This document shows positions 45,799 to 55,772 of a stretch of DNA of 64,000 nt, one piece after another (within the stretch, counting starts at the first letter, position 1; the number at the start of each line of letters is the position of its first letter). The notes beneath the pieces were generated by a model. The model searched no databases, was not told the origin of the DNA, and saw nothing but the letters and a program-made list of their open reading frames with translations. A program made the translations under genes and the position numbers. Source of the stretch: a virus; the IMG/VR virus record IMGVR_UViG_3300031977_002889; one strand, given 5' to 3'.

Positions 45799-46525
45799 TT
45801 ACTACACTTTCAAAATCTTCTAGTCTTAGCATATTTGGTCCATCACTTGGTGCATTATCTGGATCTGCATGTACTTCTAAAAAGAAGTTGCTAATACCCA
45901 TAGCACTGGCAGCCCGAGCAAGACCTGGAACGTAATCACGATTACCGCCACTTGATTTCCCATTGCCTCCGGGTTTTTGGACAGAGTGCGTAACATCAAA
46001 AACAATAGGATTGTCATAGTTAGCAAGCATATACTGAAGGCCAGTATAGTCAACAACAAGATTATTATACCCAAAACTAGTACCTCTTTCTGTAATCCAA
46101 ACTTCTTTCGCGTTTTTAGTTTTACTTAATATGCCAGCAACATCCCAAGGTGCTAGGAATTGTCCCTTTTTAATATTAACTATGCAATTTGATTTACAAG
46201 CTTCTACAATTAAATCAGTTTGTCTACATAAGAATGCTGGTATTTGTAAAACATCAACTACACCTTTACATCTACTTATTTGTCCTACAGTGTGAACATC
46301 GGTTAATATTTTAAAACCAGCGTCTCTAATTTTTTGAAAGTCAGGCAGTGTGTCATCAATACCTACACCACGCTTACCAGACATGCTGGTGCGATTTGCT
46401 TTGTCAAAGCTTGCTTTAAATATATATTCAATTTCATATTTATCACAAACATCTTTACAATGATTAGCAATTTCTAAAGATTGCTCAAGAGACTCATGTT
46501 GACACGGTCCTGCTATTATCCGCAC
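45767..46525 (-). CDS. kdsA: Kdo-8-phosphate synthase
   Basis: AGPC, KASFDKANRTS, QIPAFLCRQTD, NIKKGQF, ERG, DVTHSVQ, SDGPN. Confidence 0.96.
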   Translation of the reverse strand: MRIIAGPCQHESLEQSLEIANHCKDVCDKYEIEYIFKASFDKANRTSMSGKRGVGIDDTLPDFQKIRDAGFKILTDVHTVGQISRCKGVVDVLQIPAFLCRQTDLIVEACKSNCIVNIKKGQFLAPWDVAGILSKTKNAKEVWITERGTSFGYNNLVVDYTGLQYMLANYDNPIVFDVTHSVQKPGGNGKSSGGNRDYVPGLARAASAMGISNFFLEVHADPDNAPSDGPNMLRLEDFESVVNDIDRYSYSS

Positions 46526-46829
46526 GTTTTGCTTCCTCTCGTTCTATGGCAGCTTCAACCGCGTTAGTCATACATTCATATAAAATTTCACCTACAACTT
46601 CAGCGCAATCATCTTCTGTAAGACCATCAATTGGAGAAGACAAAATTTCAAAATTAAAATTTAATTCGTCTTTTTCAGCCACTTCGGCAATAGTACCAAA
46701 CCTAAAAACAGTTTCAGTATATTCACCTTCTAATATTCTAACATTCCACCAATTTTCATCATCTGATGGAATTAGTTCAAAGTCTTCATTCTGTTTCAAA
46801 TTCAAGTTCCACTTCTGTTTGATAACCAA
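46494..46829 (-). CDS. gp40-like head vertex assembly chaperone (start uncertain)
   Basis: Acidic small ORF immediately downstream of uvsX, as in T4; WNVRILEG. Confidence 0.55.
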   Translation of the reverse strand: MVIKQKWNLNLKQNEDFELIPSDDENWWNVRILEGEYTETVFRFGTIAEVAEKDELNFNFEILSSPIDGLTEDDCAEVVGEILYECMTNAVEAAIEREEAKRADNSRTVST

Positions 46830-47826
46830 TGGCGTATTGCCGTTTTAAAAATTCTTTGAAATCAGTATTAGTAAAGATTGGATCCCAAAATTCTTTCTCT
46901 AAAGTTTGATCATACCTAACCTTTGCGCCAATTTCACCTGTTTCCTGATTAACTTCAGAATACCACCCGTTGGAAGGTTTAGTAACGTAGCCACCAGCGA
47001 GAGCCACATCAAGAAGGCCGCTGTAATTGCGAACACCACCGTCCCAGGAAACAGTAATAGGAATCTTAGACTTTTCTTTAACATACCTGCTCTTTTCAAC
47101 GTTAATTACAAAATGATACCCTTGAATCTCTGTACCTTTTTTATCTTGTTGTCTACCAAGAATCCAAATATTATCAGCACTATAATATATGCCTGTACCT
47201 CCAGATACTACAGCTTTTGGAAATAATCCAATTTCCATATAAGTGTGATTTACTGCAATAAGAGGAATATCTTTCATATTTAGATATGGAGTACACATTC
47301 TAAACAGACCTTTAAGAGCTTTTGCTCTTGACATGTCTGCTACAGATTTTTCATTAATAGCATCTTCTAATTCTTTTTTCGATGCTAAATTACCAACTGA
47401 ATCAATCATAATAATAACTTTATCATTACGATCAAGACCTTCAAGTTGAGAAATAACATCAAACTTAAGTTCTTCTACGTTTGTAATTGGTGTATGAAGA
47501 ACTCGAGTAGTATCGATATCATATTGTTGAAAATAAGATTGAGGAGAACCAAACTCTGAGTCATAAAATAATAGAACAGCATCTTCGTATTTTTTCAAAT
47601 AAGCAGAAGCCATAATAAGACCAAAAGAAGTTTTAAAATGTTTTGATGGACCTGCAAGAACTGTAAGACCTGGAGCAATTCCTCCATCTACAGAACCAGA
47701 TAATGCCACATTAATCATTGGTACATCTGTTGGTACCATATCTTTTTCAGTAAAAAACTTACTTTCACTTAGAACATTAGTAAATTCTATTTTACTGTTC
47801 TTTTTCAATTTATCCATTATTGACAT
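46786..47826 (-). CDS. uvsX: RecA-like recombinase UvsX
   Basis: AGPSKHFKT, FYDSEFG, IDSVGNLAS, VSGGTG. Confidence 0.97.
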   Translation of the reverse strand: MSIMDKLKKNSKIEFTNVLSESKFFTEKDMVPTDVPMINVALSGSVDGGIAPGLTVLAGPSKHFKTSFGLIMASAYLKKYEDAVLLFYDSEFGSPQSYFQQYDIDTTRVLHTPITNVEELKFDVISQLEGLDRNDKVIIMIDSVGNLASKKELEDAINEKSVADMSRAKALKGLFRMCTPYLNMKDIPLIAVNHTYMEIGLFPKAVVSGGTGIYYSADNIWILGRQQDKKGTEIQGYHFVINVEKSRYVKEKSKIPITVSWDGGVRNYSGLLDVALAGGYVTKPSNGWYSEVNQETGEIGAKVRYDQTLEKEFWDPIFTNTDFKEFLKRQYAIGYQTEVELEFETE

Positions 47827-47827
47827 A

Positions 47828-48583
47828 TTATACTGGAATCCCTTCGAATTGATTATTCATAATAAATTGCTTTACGTCTACTTTTGGTTTCCAACCAAAT
47901 TCTTCTTTCATATGAGTATTATCAGCAGTATTGTTTGGAGCTTCACAAGTAGCACCTTCTTTTATAGGTACGTTATATCCAGCCAATTCTGCCAAATCAG
48001 ATACAGTATTACCCACTCCAGTACCAATATCGTAAGCGCGCTGTTGTGGTTCATTGTCAGAATTGATAATAGCCAATATCGCTGAGACAACATCACTAAC
48101 GTGAATAAAGTCACGCACGTGATTAGTACTATACTCAAGATTGCTTGAAAGAAGCCTACCCATGAACATAGTATCGCGAGCACCATCACCATACACAGTT
48201 GTAAAGCGAAGCGCTGTTTGTCTAGCTCTTGCAGTTTCTTCGTTAACTTTCTTTGTTGTTCCATAAGGAGATAACCACCATCTGTGAATACAGGATGAGG
48301 AAGCATACAATAATGGTACATTATTCTTCCTACAAATTTGTTGTATTCGAGTTGTATTTTCTACATTGTTTTTCCAATATTCTTGTGGATAGTCAATGCT
48401 ACGTCTTACGTCGGCTTGTGCTGCTAAATGAATTACCCAACTTACACCAGAAGGTAATTCAAAGTGATCGATATGTCTTTCAATCTTTCGATCCCACTGA
48501 TCTACAACATGTCCAGCTGCAATCAGTTCCTTTACTAAATGGGATCCAATGAACCCATGTGATCCAGTTACTACAATTTTCAT
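47828..48583 (-). CDS. NAD-dependent nucleotide-sugar epimerase/dehydratase
   Basis: TGSHGFIG, HLAA, ASSS, YGTTK, RDFIHV. Confidence 0.9.
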   Translation of the reverse strand: MKIVVTGSHGFIGSHLVKELIAAGHVVDQWDRKIERHIDHFELPSGVSWVIHLAAQADVRRSIDYPQEYWKNNVENTTRIQQICRKNNVPLLYASSSCIHRWWLSPYGTTKKVNEETARARQTALRFTTVYGDGARDTMFMGRLLSSNLEYSTNHVRDFIHVSDVVSAILAIINSDNEPQQRAYDIGTGVGNTVSDLAELAGYNVPIKEGATCEAPNNTADNTHMKEEFGWKPKVDVKQFIMNNQFEGIPV

Positions 48584-48621
48584 TTAAGAATCCTCTAATA
48601 TTAATGAAGCTATTTATGCTA

Positions 48622-49659
48622 TTATACCATAAATTCATCTAATAGTACACTCTTTTCTGGTGGTCGACCTTGTCTTTGTGCCCATCCTGATACCCAACCA
48701 GAATTATTTTGAATATTAGCAGAGATATGGTCAAACGTATCGTCATTTCGTGGTACATAATTTTGACCAAATCGAACAAAGTCACATAAAACATCTTCAT
48801 TATCTCGTGGTGCCCCACCCATACGTTCACATAATATATCCATAAATTTATCAGTACTATATCCGCTTGACATCATTTTCATACACCTAACGGCATTATT
48901 ACCAAAATATCCATGAGACTGATCATCTACAAGATCTTTATGATAATCACCCAAATCATATGAAAAAGCAGCATAAACAAAGTTAAATTTTCTGTGTCCC
49001 TGTTCAGCATTATATGCATTTAAAAAATCTGTAACTTGTTTATGTGTTTTCTTTTGGCCACTATGTAACCAATCAATGAGTCTATCTAAAAGATGTGGTA
49101 ATTCTTCAGTAAGATAATCAATAACACTTACACCTTTACGAGGAGCTGGAGGTTGGTTTCCAATTGAAGTGAAAGTTGGAATCTTATTTGCTTTACGGTA
49201 TTTAAGATCAGCACTCATTTCTTCAATTGATTCTAAAACTCCCCATTTATGAACACAATTATTTCTATAACCATGATCTCTTGTAAATGATGCTCCAGAT
49301 CCTGTGGCTCTATGACACATATAAGCAAATAACCACGTTTTAAGATCCCATTTTTCAGTGATATAGCTATCAACCAAATCTACGTGTTTTTGACCTAAAG
49401 ATTTATTCTTTAATTGATGATGTCTTTTTGGTGTTTCACTACGATACCTTAAATCTTGTAAAACATTTGAAAAACCAGCAGCATCTCTTGTATAACAATC
49501 GTAAATATCAATCTCTTGCATAAGATCGTCATTTATTTCTTTATTTGCTATTTCACCTGTATAAGGAATTTTTCCCCAGTTACAATTAATTTGTAACCAC
49601 TTGGCTCTTGGATAATAATAATCTACTAAAATATCAATTGCTTTTTCATTAAGCCACAT
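48622..49659 (-). CDS. HhH-fold DNA base-modification protein (5hmdU-kinase/aGPT-Pplase-like), paralogue A
   Basis: DDLMQEIDIYD..R, F..AAF..DL, GNNAVRCM, DNEDVLCDFVR follow the family pattern DDPIL..F.NV.R / GPGA.RG / D.E..LCE..K as recalled. Confidence 0.55.
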   Translation of the reverse strand: MWLNEKAIDILVDYYYPRAKWLQINCNWGKIPYTGEIANKEINDDLMQEIDIYDCYTRDAAGFSNVLQDLRYRSETPKRHHQLKNKSLGQKHVDLVDSYITEKWDLKTWLFAYMCHRATGSGASFTRDHGYRNNCVHKWGVLESIEEMSADLKYRKANKIPTFTSIGNQPPAPRKGVSVIDYLTEELPHLLDRLIDWLHSGQKKTHKQVTDFLNAYNAEQGHRKFNFVYAAFSYDLGDYHKDLVDDQSHGYFGNNAVRCMKMMSSGYSTDKFMDILCERMGGAPRDNEDVLCDFVRFGQNYVPRNDDTFDHISANIQNNSGWVSGWAQRQGRPPEKSVLLDEFMV

Positions 49660-50533
49660 TCTTCGCCCACTCCCTATATGAATCTATAGTATCTGCTAAT
49701 TCTAAATTTTGTAAAATTGGTTCTTTTCCTACATTCCAAAAGAGAATGTCTTTATCAGTATTTTTAGGAATATACTTCCATACTTTGCCATCGTAAGTAT
49801 CTATAGTCGGAAAAGGTGGTAGGTTTTCTTTTTTCTCTGCTTGTAAAAATGCAAGAGGTTCAGATATAGGTTTGGCAATTCCAAGCTCTCCAGCTTTCAT
49901 ATTACGAGATACACAAACTGAATGAAACTTTGCATTTGGCCATGCAATTTGAAGGGCACGAGTAAGTACACCTGTTGATGTAGCAGTATAAACTTCTTCT
50001 GGTTCTCGTATCTTCGAAGCTGTCTTTACAATACCAGCTGTGACCATTTCATGTTTCAATCCAAGTGGTACAAAGAAAGCATTTTTTCTTTCAGAAGCCC
50101 ATTTCTTTGCAATGGCATTTAGATTTGGCATAGCAGCTATTCTATGAAATTGGAATTTAGCTCCTCGTTCAATACAACAGGCTTGATGATGACTAATCTT
50201 TTTTGATGAAGGCATAAAAAGCATGACATCTTTACCATGTCGTTTTGCTACGTCAAGTATACTAACACCAGCAAGACCAGTCCGAGGTTGAACATAGACG
50301 ATAGTATCGATTCGAGAATCGAGGCTACTAATAAGACAATCACCGCCACGAACTTTAGAACCCACAAGATAGTCGTCACGAACAACTCGTACACCATCGT
50401 GCATATTAACCACTGGTTCACCATAAGGATCTTCCCAATCTTTTGCTAAATCTAAATAATATTCTTTTGGATCTCCATAGAATGGGTTTATATCTTTATT
50501 AATTCCATCTATAACATGATTTTTAAACGCCAA
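49649..50533 (-). CDS. PLP-dependent enzyme, fold type II (Trp synthase beta/ACC deaminase-like)
   Basis: RDDYLVGSKVR, ATSTGVL phosphate loop, YDGKVW, LFWNVG; TTG start with GGGGAG RBS. Confidence 0.8.
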   Translation of the reverse strand: MAFKNHVIDGINKDINPFYGDPKEYYLDLAKDWEDPYGEPVVNMHDGVRVVRDDYLVGSKVRGGDCLISSLDSRIDTIVYVQPRTGLAGVSILDVAKRHGKDVMLFMPSSKKISHHQACCIERGAKFQFHRIAAMPNLNAIAKKWASERKNAFFVPLGLKHEMVTAGIVKTASKIREPEEVYTATSTGVLTRALQIAWPNAKFHSVCVSRNMKAGELGIAKPISEPLAFLQAEKKENLPPFPTIDTYDGKVWKYIPKNTDKDILFWNVGKEPILQNLELADTIDSYREWAKNVA

Positions 50534-51479
50534 GAGGTGATACTCCCCAATCGTTTCTTCTATGAAAAGGAGGAGCAATATGTACACTTCCACCATGTTC
50601 CATATAAGTATTCGCATATTTTTCTGGATCCATAGTATACCAATGTTCAGGTGGCATTACTACTTTACCTTTTGATTCATTATGTAGTATTTCAATAAAA
50701 CGATTTGTTAAATCATATCGTTCTTTCCATGATCCAAAGAATGGTGTCTTTTTAAAATAACCAGTTTTAGGTAATTTACGACCTTCATATTCTACTGGAA
50801 CAGGTGCCGTAAACCAAACATCATCTCCAAGTTCATTACCTTGACGAACATATTCTTTTAAAGTTTCTTTTAAATCGAAATCAGAATGACGCAATATATG
50901 GTGCCTAATATCAATAGAACCGAGGCATATAGTAAGTCTATGTACGGATTCTTTGAAGTCTTCTCTGAGTCCTCTTCTAAGAGATCCATAAAGAGTTTTA
51001 CCATCAGTACGGTACACACGGTCACCAGCAGCGCTAAAAGCAATTGTATGAGAATCTCCATAGGTAATTCCATCTGATTTAATATTTCTTTGTGTTAAAA
51101 AAGGAATATATTTTATTCTTTCAGAAACCATATCACACCACTTTTCAGTGATGCCTTCATATGTAGTATTATTACCTATACGAACTTTTAACATAGCTCC
51201 ATAGTCTGGCATATCGCAATCAAGTGACGTGATATTGTTACACGCTAACAACGTGTTTATTTTATCAAATATTTCTTTTGTAGCTCCACCAAATAAATTA
51301 AGTGTCCCACCAAAATTCACGCCATGATCAACATAAACTTGATCGGCTTTTAGAATATTAGCAGAACACTTATGATCTATTGCGGCATTTAGTTGGTTTT
51401 GCCAAATTTGTGTCCATCCTAAAACATGTGACTTTTCAGTTTTAGGAATATTAGTGATAGGATTCGTTATGACTTTCAT
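50523..51479 (-). CDS. Two-domain protein: N-terminal unknown domain plus SGNH hydrolase/acyltransferase-like domain
   Basis: GDSH (block I), LGSIDIRHH (block III), SVH (block V); N-terminal LNLFGG. Confidence 0.55.
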   Translation of the reverse strand: MKVITNPITNIPKTEKSHVLGWTQIWQNQLNAAIDHKCSANILKADQVYVDHGVNFGGTLNLFGGATKEIFDKINTLLACNNITSLDCDMPDYGAMLKVRIGNNTTYEGITEKWCDMVSERIKYIPFLTQRNIKSDGITYGDSHTIAFSAAGDRVYRTDGKTLYGSLRRGLREDFKESVHRLTICLGSIDIRHHILRHSDFDLKETLKEYVRQGNELGDDVWFTAPVPVEYEGRKLPKTGYFKKTPFFGSWKERYDLTNRFIEILHNESKGKVVMPPEHWYTMDPEKYANTYMEHGGSVHIAPPFHRRNDWGVSPLGV

Positions 51480-52446
51480 ATACTGACCTCAAGCTGAAAT
51501 CCTTTGGAAAGATCCATTCATATGGAATTCTTTTCGTAGGTGATTTTACTCCATGATTAATAGCAATATGCTTATAAAAGAAACATGTCTTATCTTCTAT
51601 GTTCAAGAGCTTTTGCTCTTTAATTGGATTCATAGGATGATTAGACAATATCTCCATTTGTTCTAGCCATATTCTACCATATTCGTTAGTAGAAGTAAAC
51701 AGTCCATTTTCATCTATTTCGTATTTTACTTTACTCATTAAATTTTTACCACCAAATATTTGGTGCATACCATCAAAGTGACCAGTACCTCCAAATAAAA
51801 CAGATTCTGGATCACATACATTAGGATATGCCATAGCAATATAACGAGCAAAGTTTTTACATGGATACATAGGATTTCTAAATCCTTGTTCCTTCGCAAA
51901 ATACTGTGCCATTTCTTTTGCAAGTTCCATCATAGTCCAAGGTCTATTTTTAGAACTTAAAATATGACCCATATCTTCAGCAGCTTGTTTTGGTCCAGTT
52001 AATAACCATTCACGAACGTTAGTGCCTTTAGGATAATAGATTTGAAATAAATCGTTTCGAGCATGTCTATGATGCTCAAATCGTTCTTTTAGTCCTTGTA
52101 CACCATGATTCATTAGAGTTGTAAGTGTTAACCAATGTTCATTAGTAAAACTAAAAACAAGAGTATACCACATACGATGAAAATCATCGGTTACATCTGA
52201 CATAATATCACAGAATGGATGTTCATGCCAGTGTAACCGATGTGAAAAGATTTGATAATCTTGTTTGAGTAGTGTATCTTGTCTTTGATCGAACTTACGA
52301 CAAAACTCAAAAAACTTTTCGAATCTTTGTTCTTGAGTCCAATCTTTCATCCAACTATCAACAGGTTTTCCTTTTTTATTAAGGTCTACTACTGTTGTAT
52401 TTTCATATAAGATATCATATTCATTAGGCGATAAGTTCATAATCAA
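51451..52446 (-). CDS. HhH-fold DNA base-modification protein, paralogue B
   Basis: D.LL..DYQIFSHR, GGTGHFDGM, NIEDKTCFFYKH parallel the motifs of 48622-49659. Confidence 0.5.
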   Translation of the reverse strand: MIMNLSPNEYDILYENTTVVDLNKKGKPVDSWMKDWTQEQRFEKFFEFCRKFDQRQDTLLKQDYQIFSHRLHWHEHPFCDIMSDVTDDFHRMWYTLVFSFTNEHWLTLTTLMNHGVQGLKERFEHHRHARNDLFQIYYPKGTNVREWLLTGPKQAAEDMGHILSSKNRPWTMMELAKEMAQYFAKEQGFRNPMYPCKNFARYIAMAYPNVCDPESVLFGGTGHFDGMHQIFGGKNLMSKVKYEIDENGLFTSTNEYGRIWLEQMEILSNHPMNPIKEQKLLNIEDKTCFFYKHIAINHGVKSPTKRIPYEWIFPKDFSLRSVYESHNESYH

Positions 52447-52457
52447 AGAGTTCTTTT

Positions 52458-52709
52458 TTAGTAACCACCATTATAAGTTTGTTCAGCTTGCAGATGAGCC
52501 ATATCAACTTCAAGTTTAGTAATTCGTTCTTTTAATTCAATTATTTCTTGTTTCTTTTCAAGTTCTTCTTGTGCTTTTAATTTAGCATCTTCTTCACGAC
52601 TTCGTCTCATCATATAATCGTAGTATGGTTCACGATAATACGTAGTATCCATGTATGTTTCATCATCTTCGTTATTCGTGACTTTTCTCAGTTTTTGCAA
52701 TAAGTTCAT
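52458..52709 (-). CDS. Hypothetical coiled-coil protein
   Basis: Intact ORF. Confidence 0.55.
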   Translation of the reverse strand: MNLLQKLRKVTNNEDDETYMDTTYYREPYYDYMMRRSREEDAKLKAQEELEKKQEIIELKERITKLEVDMAHLQAEQTYNGGY

Positions 52710-53130
52710 ATTTAACTCCTGCTTCTTGAAATAATTGTTTTGTTAACGACCATGAGTCGCGCCACCGCTCATCTACATCAGCTCGCATCACGACTCTTTT
52801 TACTCCAACTTGAATTACACCTAAGGCACAATTCGAACAAGTTGGTAAACCAGTTACATATATGGTTGATCCATCTAATGAAACACCATTGAAACCAGCA
52901 TTATAGATGCAGTTCATTTCAGCATGAACCACCAATTTGTATTTTTTTTCTCTATCTGTATACCTCTCATTTGAATCTATAATATTACGCGGAAATCCAT
53001 TATAACCTTGAGCTAATACTTGGCCTTTATTACCAATAGCAACAGCTCCAATTTGCCGCGATGGATCTTTAGACCATGTAGCAATATGCTCAGCAAGATC
53101 TAAATATCGATAATCCCATTTACTTAACAA
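52672..53130 (-). CDS. cd: dCMP deaminase
   Basis: SKDPS, GYNG, HAEMN, TCSNC zinc motifs. Confidence 0.92.
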   Translation of the reverse strand: MLSKWDYRYLDLAEHIATWSKDPSRQIGAVAIGNKGQVLAQGYNGFPRNIIDSNERYTDREKKYKLVVHAEMNCIYNAGFNGVSLDGSTIYVTGLPTCSNCALGVIQVGVKRVVMRADVDERWRDSWSLTKQLFQEAGVKYELIAKTEKSHE

Positions 53131-53815
53131 GGTGAAAATGCCTTTCATAAACATGTAGATTTTGAACTTGCCAAACAATATGACCAAGCTCTATTTTATC
53201 TCCGCCATCATACATGTTTAATCCATTATAATCCATGATCAAACGATTCATCACTGCAAGTTGCCAAGCATAATCATTTTTATAACCATACACGACATCA
53301 TTACTCCGCATTTGAACTACAGAGTGTAAAAGATTATCTCGTATGTAATAAGAAACGGCATTGGTACAGATGAAATCGTTTTTACCATTTTCGTTATATT
53401 CCAACCAAATAGATGGACGATTATAGATCATAGTAGCTCTACGACCGTCAGGATTTAACATTAATTCATCGAGTACATTTCCGTACTGGTTATAATATAT
53501 ATCATCAAAAATCAGTTTTCCGTAATTAGAATTGATTTCTCCATGAGTATTTGCCGCATATTTCCAAGCAGCAGGAGCATCAGCGCCAGACTCTTTGTTA
53601 ATATCATAGATATTTGTTGATTGTGAATCATACCACGCAAGTTCTTTTGCGATATATTCATCGTTAGGCGTACCAAAAATAGATGGTTCATCTGCTATAA
53701 ACTGAGCACCAATTAATTCAATTGTTTTTTGACCAGTTTTATCAGTTGTGAATGCTTTATCGCTTAATTCGCCAATAAAATATTCACGGATATCATGTAC
53801 ACTATTTATTTTCAT
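53120..53815 (-). CDS. 42: dCMP hydroxymethylase (T4 gp42 orthologue)
   Basis: DKTG.KTIE.IGA.F.ADEP.IFG, GEINSNYG, DFICTN, MRSNDVVYGYKNDYAWQ, LHVY; retains the Asp (T4 D179) that specifies dCMP. Confidence 0.85.
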   Translation of the reverse strand: MKINSVHDIREYFIGELSDKAFTTDKTGQKTIELIGAQFIADEPSIFGTPNDEYIAKELAWYDSQSTNIYDINKESGADAPAAWKYAANTHGEINSNYGKLIFDDIYYNQYGNVLDELMLNPDGRRATMIYNRPSIWLEYNENGKNDFICTNAVSYYIRDNLLHSVVQMRSNDVVYGYKNDYAWQLAVMNRLIMDYNGLNMYDGGDKIELGHIVWQVQNLHVYERHFHLVK

Positions 53816-53827
53816 GGTTATATTCTA

Positions 53828-54649
53828 TCACATATCTTTCTTAAAGTAAACAATATTTTGTTCTTTTTCTCGTTCATCTCGTTCATATTGTGCTCTATAC
53901 TTATTGTTTGCCTTAATAACTTCTTCAATGATTGAAAGAACTCCAAGACCTGCGGTTTCAACAATTGCTTTTGTATCTTTTGGAAAACACGCTCCACCAA
54001 AACCTCTTTTATTGTCAAATCCTGGAACTTTAGTATGACCATGACCAATTCGCTTATCAGATCCAACTGCATTGAATACTACAGAAGGATTGGCATCGTA
54101 TTGTGCACAAAGATCGTACATTTGATTGAAAAATGTTACTTTAGTTGCTAAGAAAGAATTAATAGTATATTTAACTAAAGAAGCTTCAATCATAGTCATA
54201 GTAAAAAACGATGCAGGATTACATAAACTATAACCTACATATAAATCTATAACATCATCTACAGCTTCAACTGGTCCACCTAAAATATGGAATTGTGGAT
54301 TAATAAATTGTTCTGCTGCTGATTTTTCAGTAAGAAATTCTGGATTATACACCACATCTGGATGCATCATCTCTTCGATAATATGTGGTGGAACAGTAGA
54401 TTTTAGAATAATTTTTGCTGGAAAATCATTTGAGAGTAATTCTTCCATGACTTCTCGAACGATACTAAAATCATCCATTGGTGTTGGAACACAAACGAAA
54501 ATATAATCTGTATCATCGTCAATGTCCATAATTTCAGTGCCAAGTTTTGGATCGATATGTTGTTGAATCACATGAGGATGATTAAATCCATACGCAACTG
54601 CACCACCAACAAAACCTAATCCAACGATAGCTATTTTTTGTTCGTGCAT
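53828..54649 (-). CDS. UDP-glucose/GDP-mannose dehydrogenase family protein (short form)
   Basis: GLGFVG, CVPTP, KSTVPP, NPEFL, GFGGACFPKD. Confidence 0.9.
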   Translation of the reverse strand: MHEQKIAIVGLGFVGGAVAYGFNHPHVIQQHIDPKLGTEIMDIDDDTDYIFVCVPTPMDDFSIVREVMEELLSNDFPAKIILKSTVPPHIIEEMMHPDVVYNPEFLTEKSAAEQFINPQFHILGGPVEAVDDVIDLYVGYSLCNPASFFTMTMIEASLVKYTINSFLATKVTFFNQMYDLCAQYDANPSVVFNAVGSDKRIGHGHTKVPGFDNKRGFGGACFPKDTKAIVETAGLGVLSIIEEVIKANNKYRAQYERDEREKEQNIVYFKKDM

Positions 54650-55065
54650 TCCGAAACTCTCATCCTTAAATCGCTTGTCGAAAAGCGATGATCTCTCTTG
54701 TTGAAGTAAAGTTGTATTCCCCTTTTCCTGCATTCGTCTTTTCCTGTGAATTCTTTATCCCGATATTCTTCACCGAGTATTCGAATATCAATAGGATACA
54801 TGTTGAGAATGTCGAGTAAATCATTTTCAGTCGTATATACGACTACTTCATCGACATATTTAATTGCTGCTAATTGTGCCTGCCTCTCAACAACAGTTTG
54901 TACAGGTGTATTTTTTAATCTACGATCAATTGAAGGATCCACCTGTAATCCAACAATAAGATAATCGCAAACCGATTTTGCTTCACGTAACATTGCGACG
55001 TGGCCAGCATGTAATAAATCAAATGTACTACAAGTAAAACCTATAGTGACTTTAGAGTATTCCAT
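54631..55065 (-). CDS. TagD-like glycerol-3-phosphate cytidylyltransferase
   Basis: FDLLHAGH, RDHRFSTS. Confidence 0.85.
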   Translation of the reverse strand: MEYSKVTIGFTCSTFDLLHAGHVAMLREAKSVCDYLIVGLQVDPSIDRRLKNTPVQTVVERQAQLAAIKYVDEVVVYTTENDLLDILNMYPIDIRILGEEYRDKEFTGKDECRKRGIQLYFNKRDHRFSTSDLRMRVSECTNKK

Positions 55066-55772
55066 GTATGTTTCCAATCCATAACTGTAAATGATTTGCC
55101 GCATGGCATTTCATTCACTGCATCATAAATTTCAGCGTCATTACCACCAAATTGTGTTTTATCGCCAAAGAAATATATATTATCGTAATGTTCGAAGTCT
55201 TTTAGGATCTGAGCTTTGTTACAACCTAATGGTGTAATATCAATTCCAGTTTCACCAGCCACTTTAAATTCAATATCTTTAAAATGTTCTCTAAGCCTAT
55301 GCGCAATCTTATCTCTATCTTGATTTAATCTATCATATTCAACATACATCTTACGTTCACCAAGAGTACAATTACGACCGACTATACTAAAATTAAGCAA
55401 ACCTACTCGTTGTTCAATATGATTACCAGTTCGAAGTGGAAATTTATTTTCTCTTAATTCAAATTCCAAAATACGAATAAGGTGATCAGATGCTTTCCAA
55501 TCACTATCACTTATACAAATATTTTTTCTAAAAACTTGAGCACCAGAACATTGGTAAACACGTTTACACAATTCGTAAATATATTCACCAACTTGTTCAA
55601 CGGTTTTTGGTTTATCACTGCCAGTTACAAGATAGACTTCGTTCTTTTCGGCGAACTTAGAAAACCATACAGCGAATTTTTTATCCATACGTCCACGGCT
55701 TGGAGTTAACGTGCCGTCTACGTCAAAGATATATTTACTCTTCTGCTTGCGATTTACGTGTGGTATTGACAT
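55041..55772 (-). CDS. HAD-IIB phosphomannomutase-like enzyme
   Basis: FDVDGTLT, VTGSD, NFSIVGRN, FFGDK..GGND. Confidence 0.85.
   Translation of the reverse strand: MSIPHVNRKQKSKYIFDVDGTLTPSRGRMDKKFAVWFSKFAEKNEVYLVTGSDKPKTVEQVGEYIYELCKRVYQCSGAQVFRKNICISDSDWKASDHLIRILEFELRENKFPLRTGNHIEQRVGLLNFSIVGRNCTLGERKMYVEYDRLNQDRDKIAHRLREHFKDIEFKVAGETGIDITPLGCNKAQILKDFEHYDNIYFFGDKTQFGGNDAEIYDAVNEMPCGKSFTVMDWKHTWNTLKSL

Noticed and set aside
53120-53815. Calling this thymidylate synthase or dUMP hydroxymethylase
   Set aside because: It matches T4 gp42 along its length and has Asp rather than Asn at the specificity position; ThyX is encoded separately
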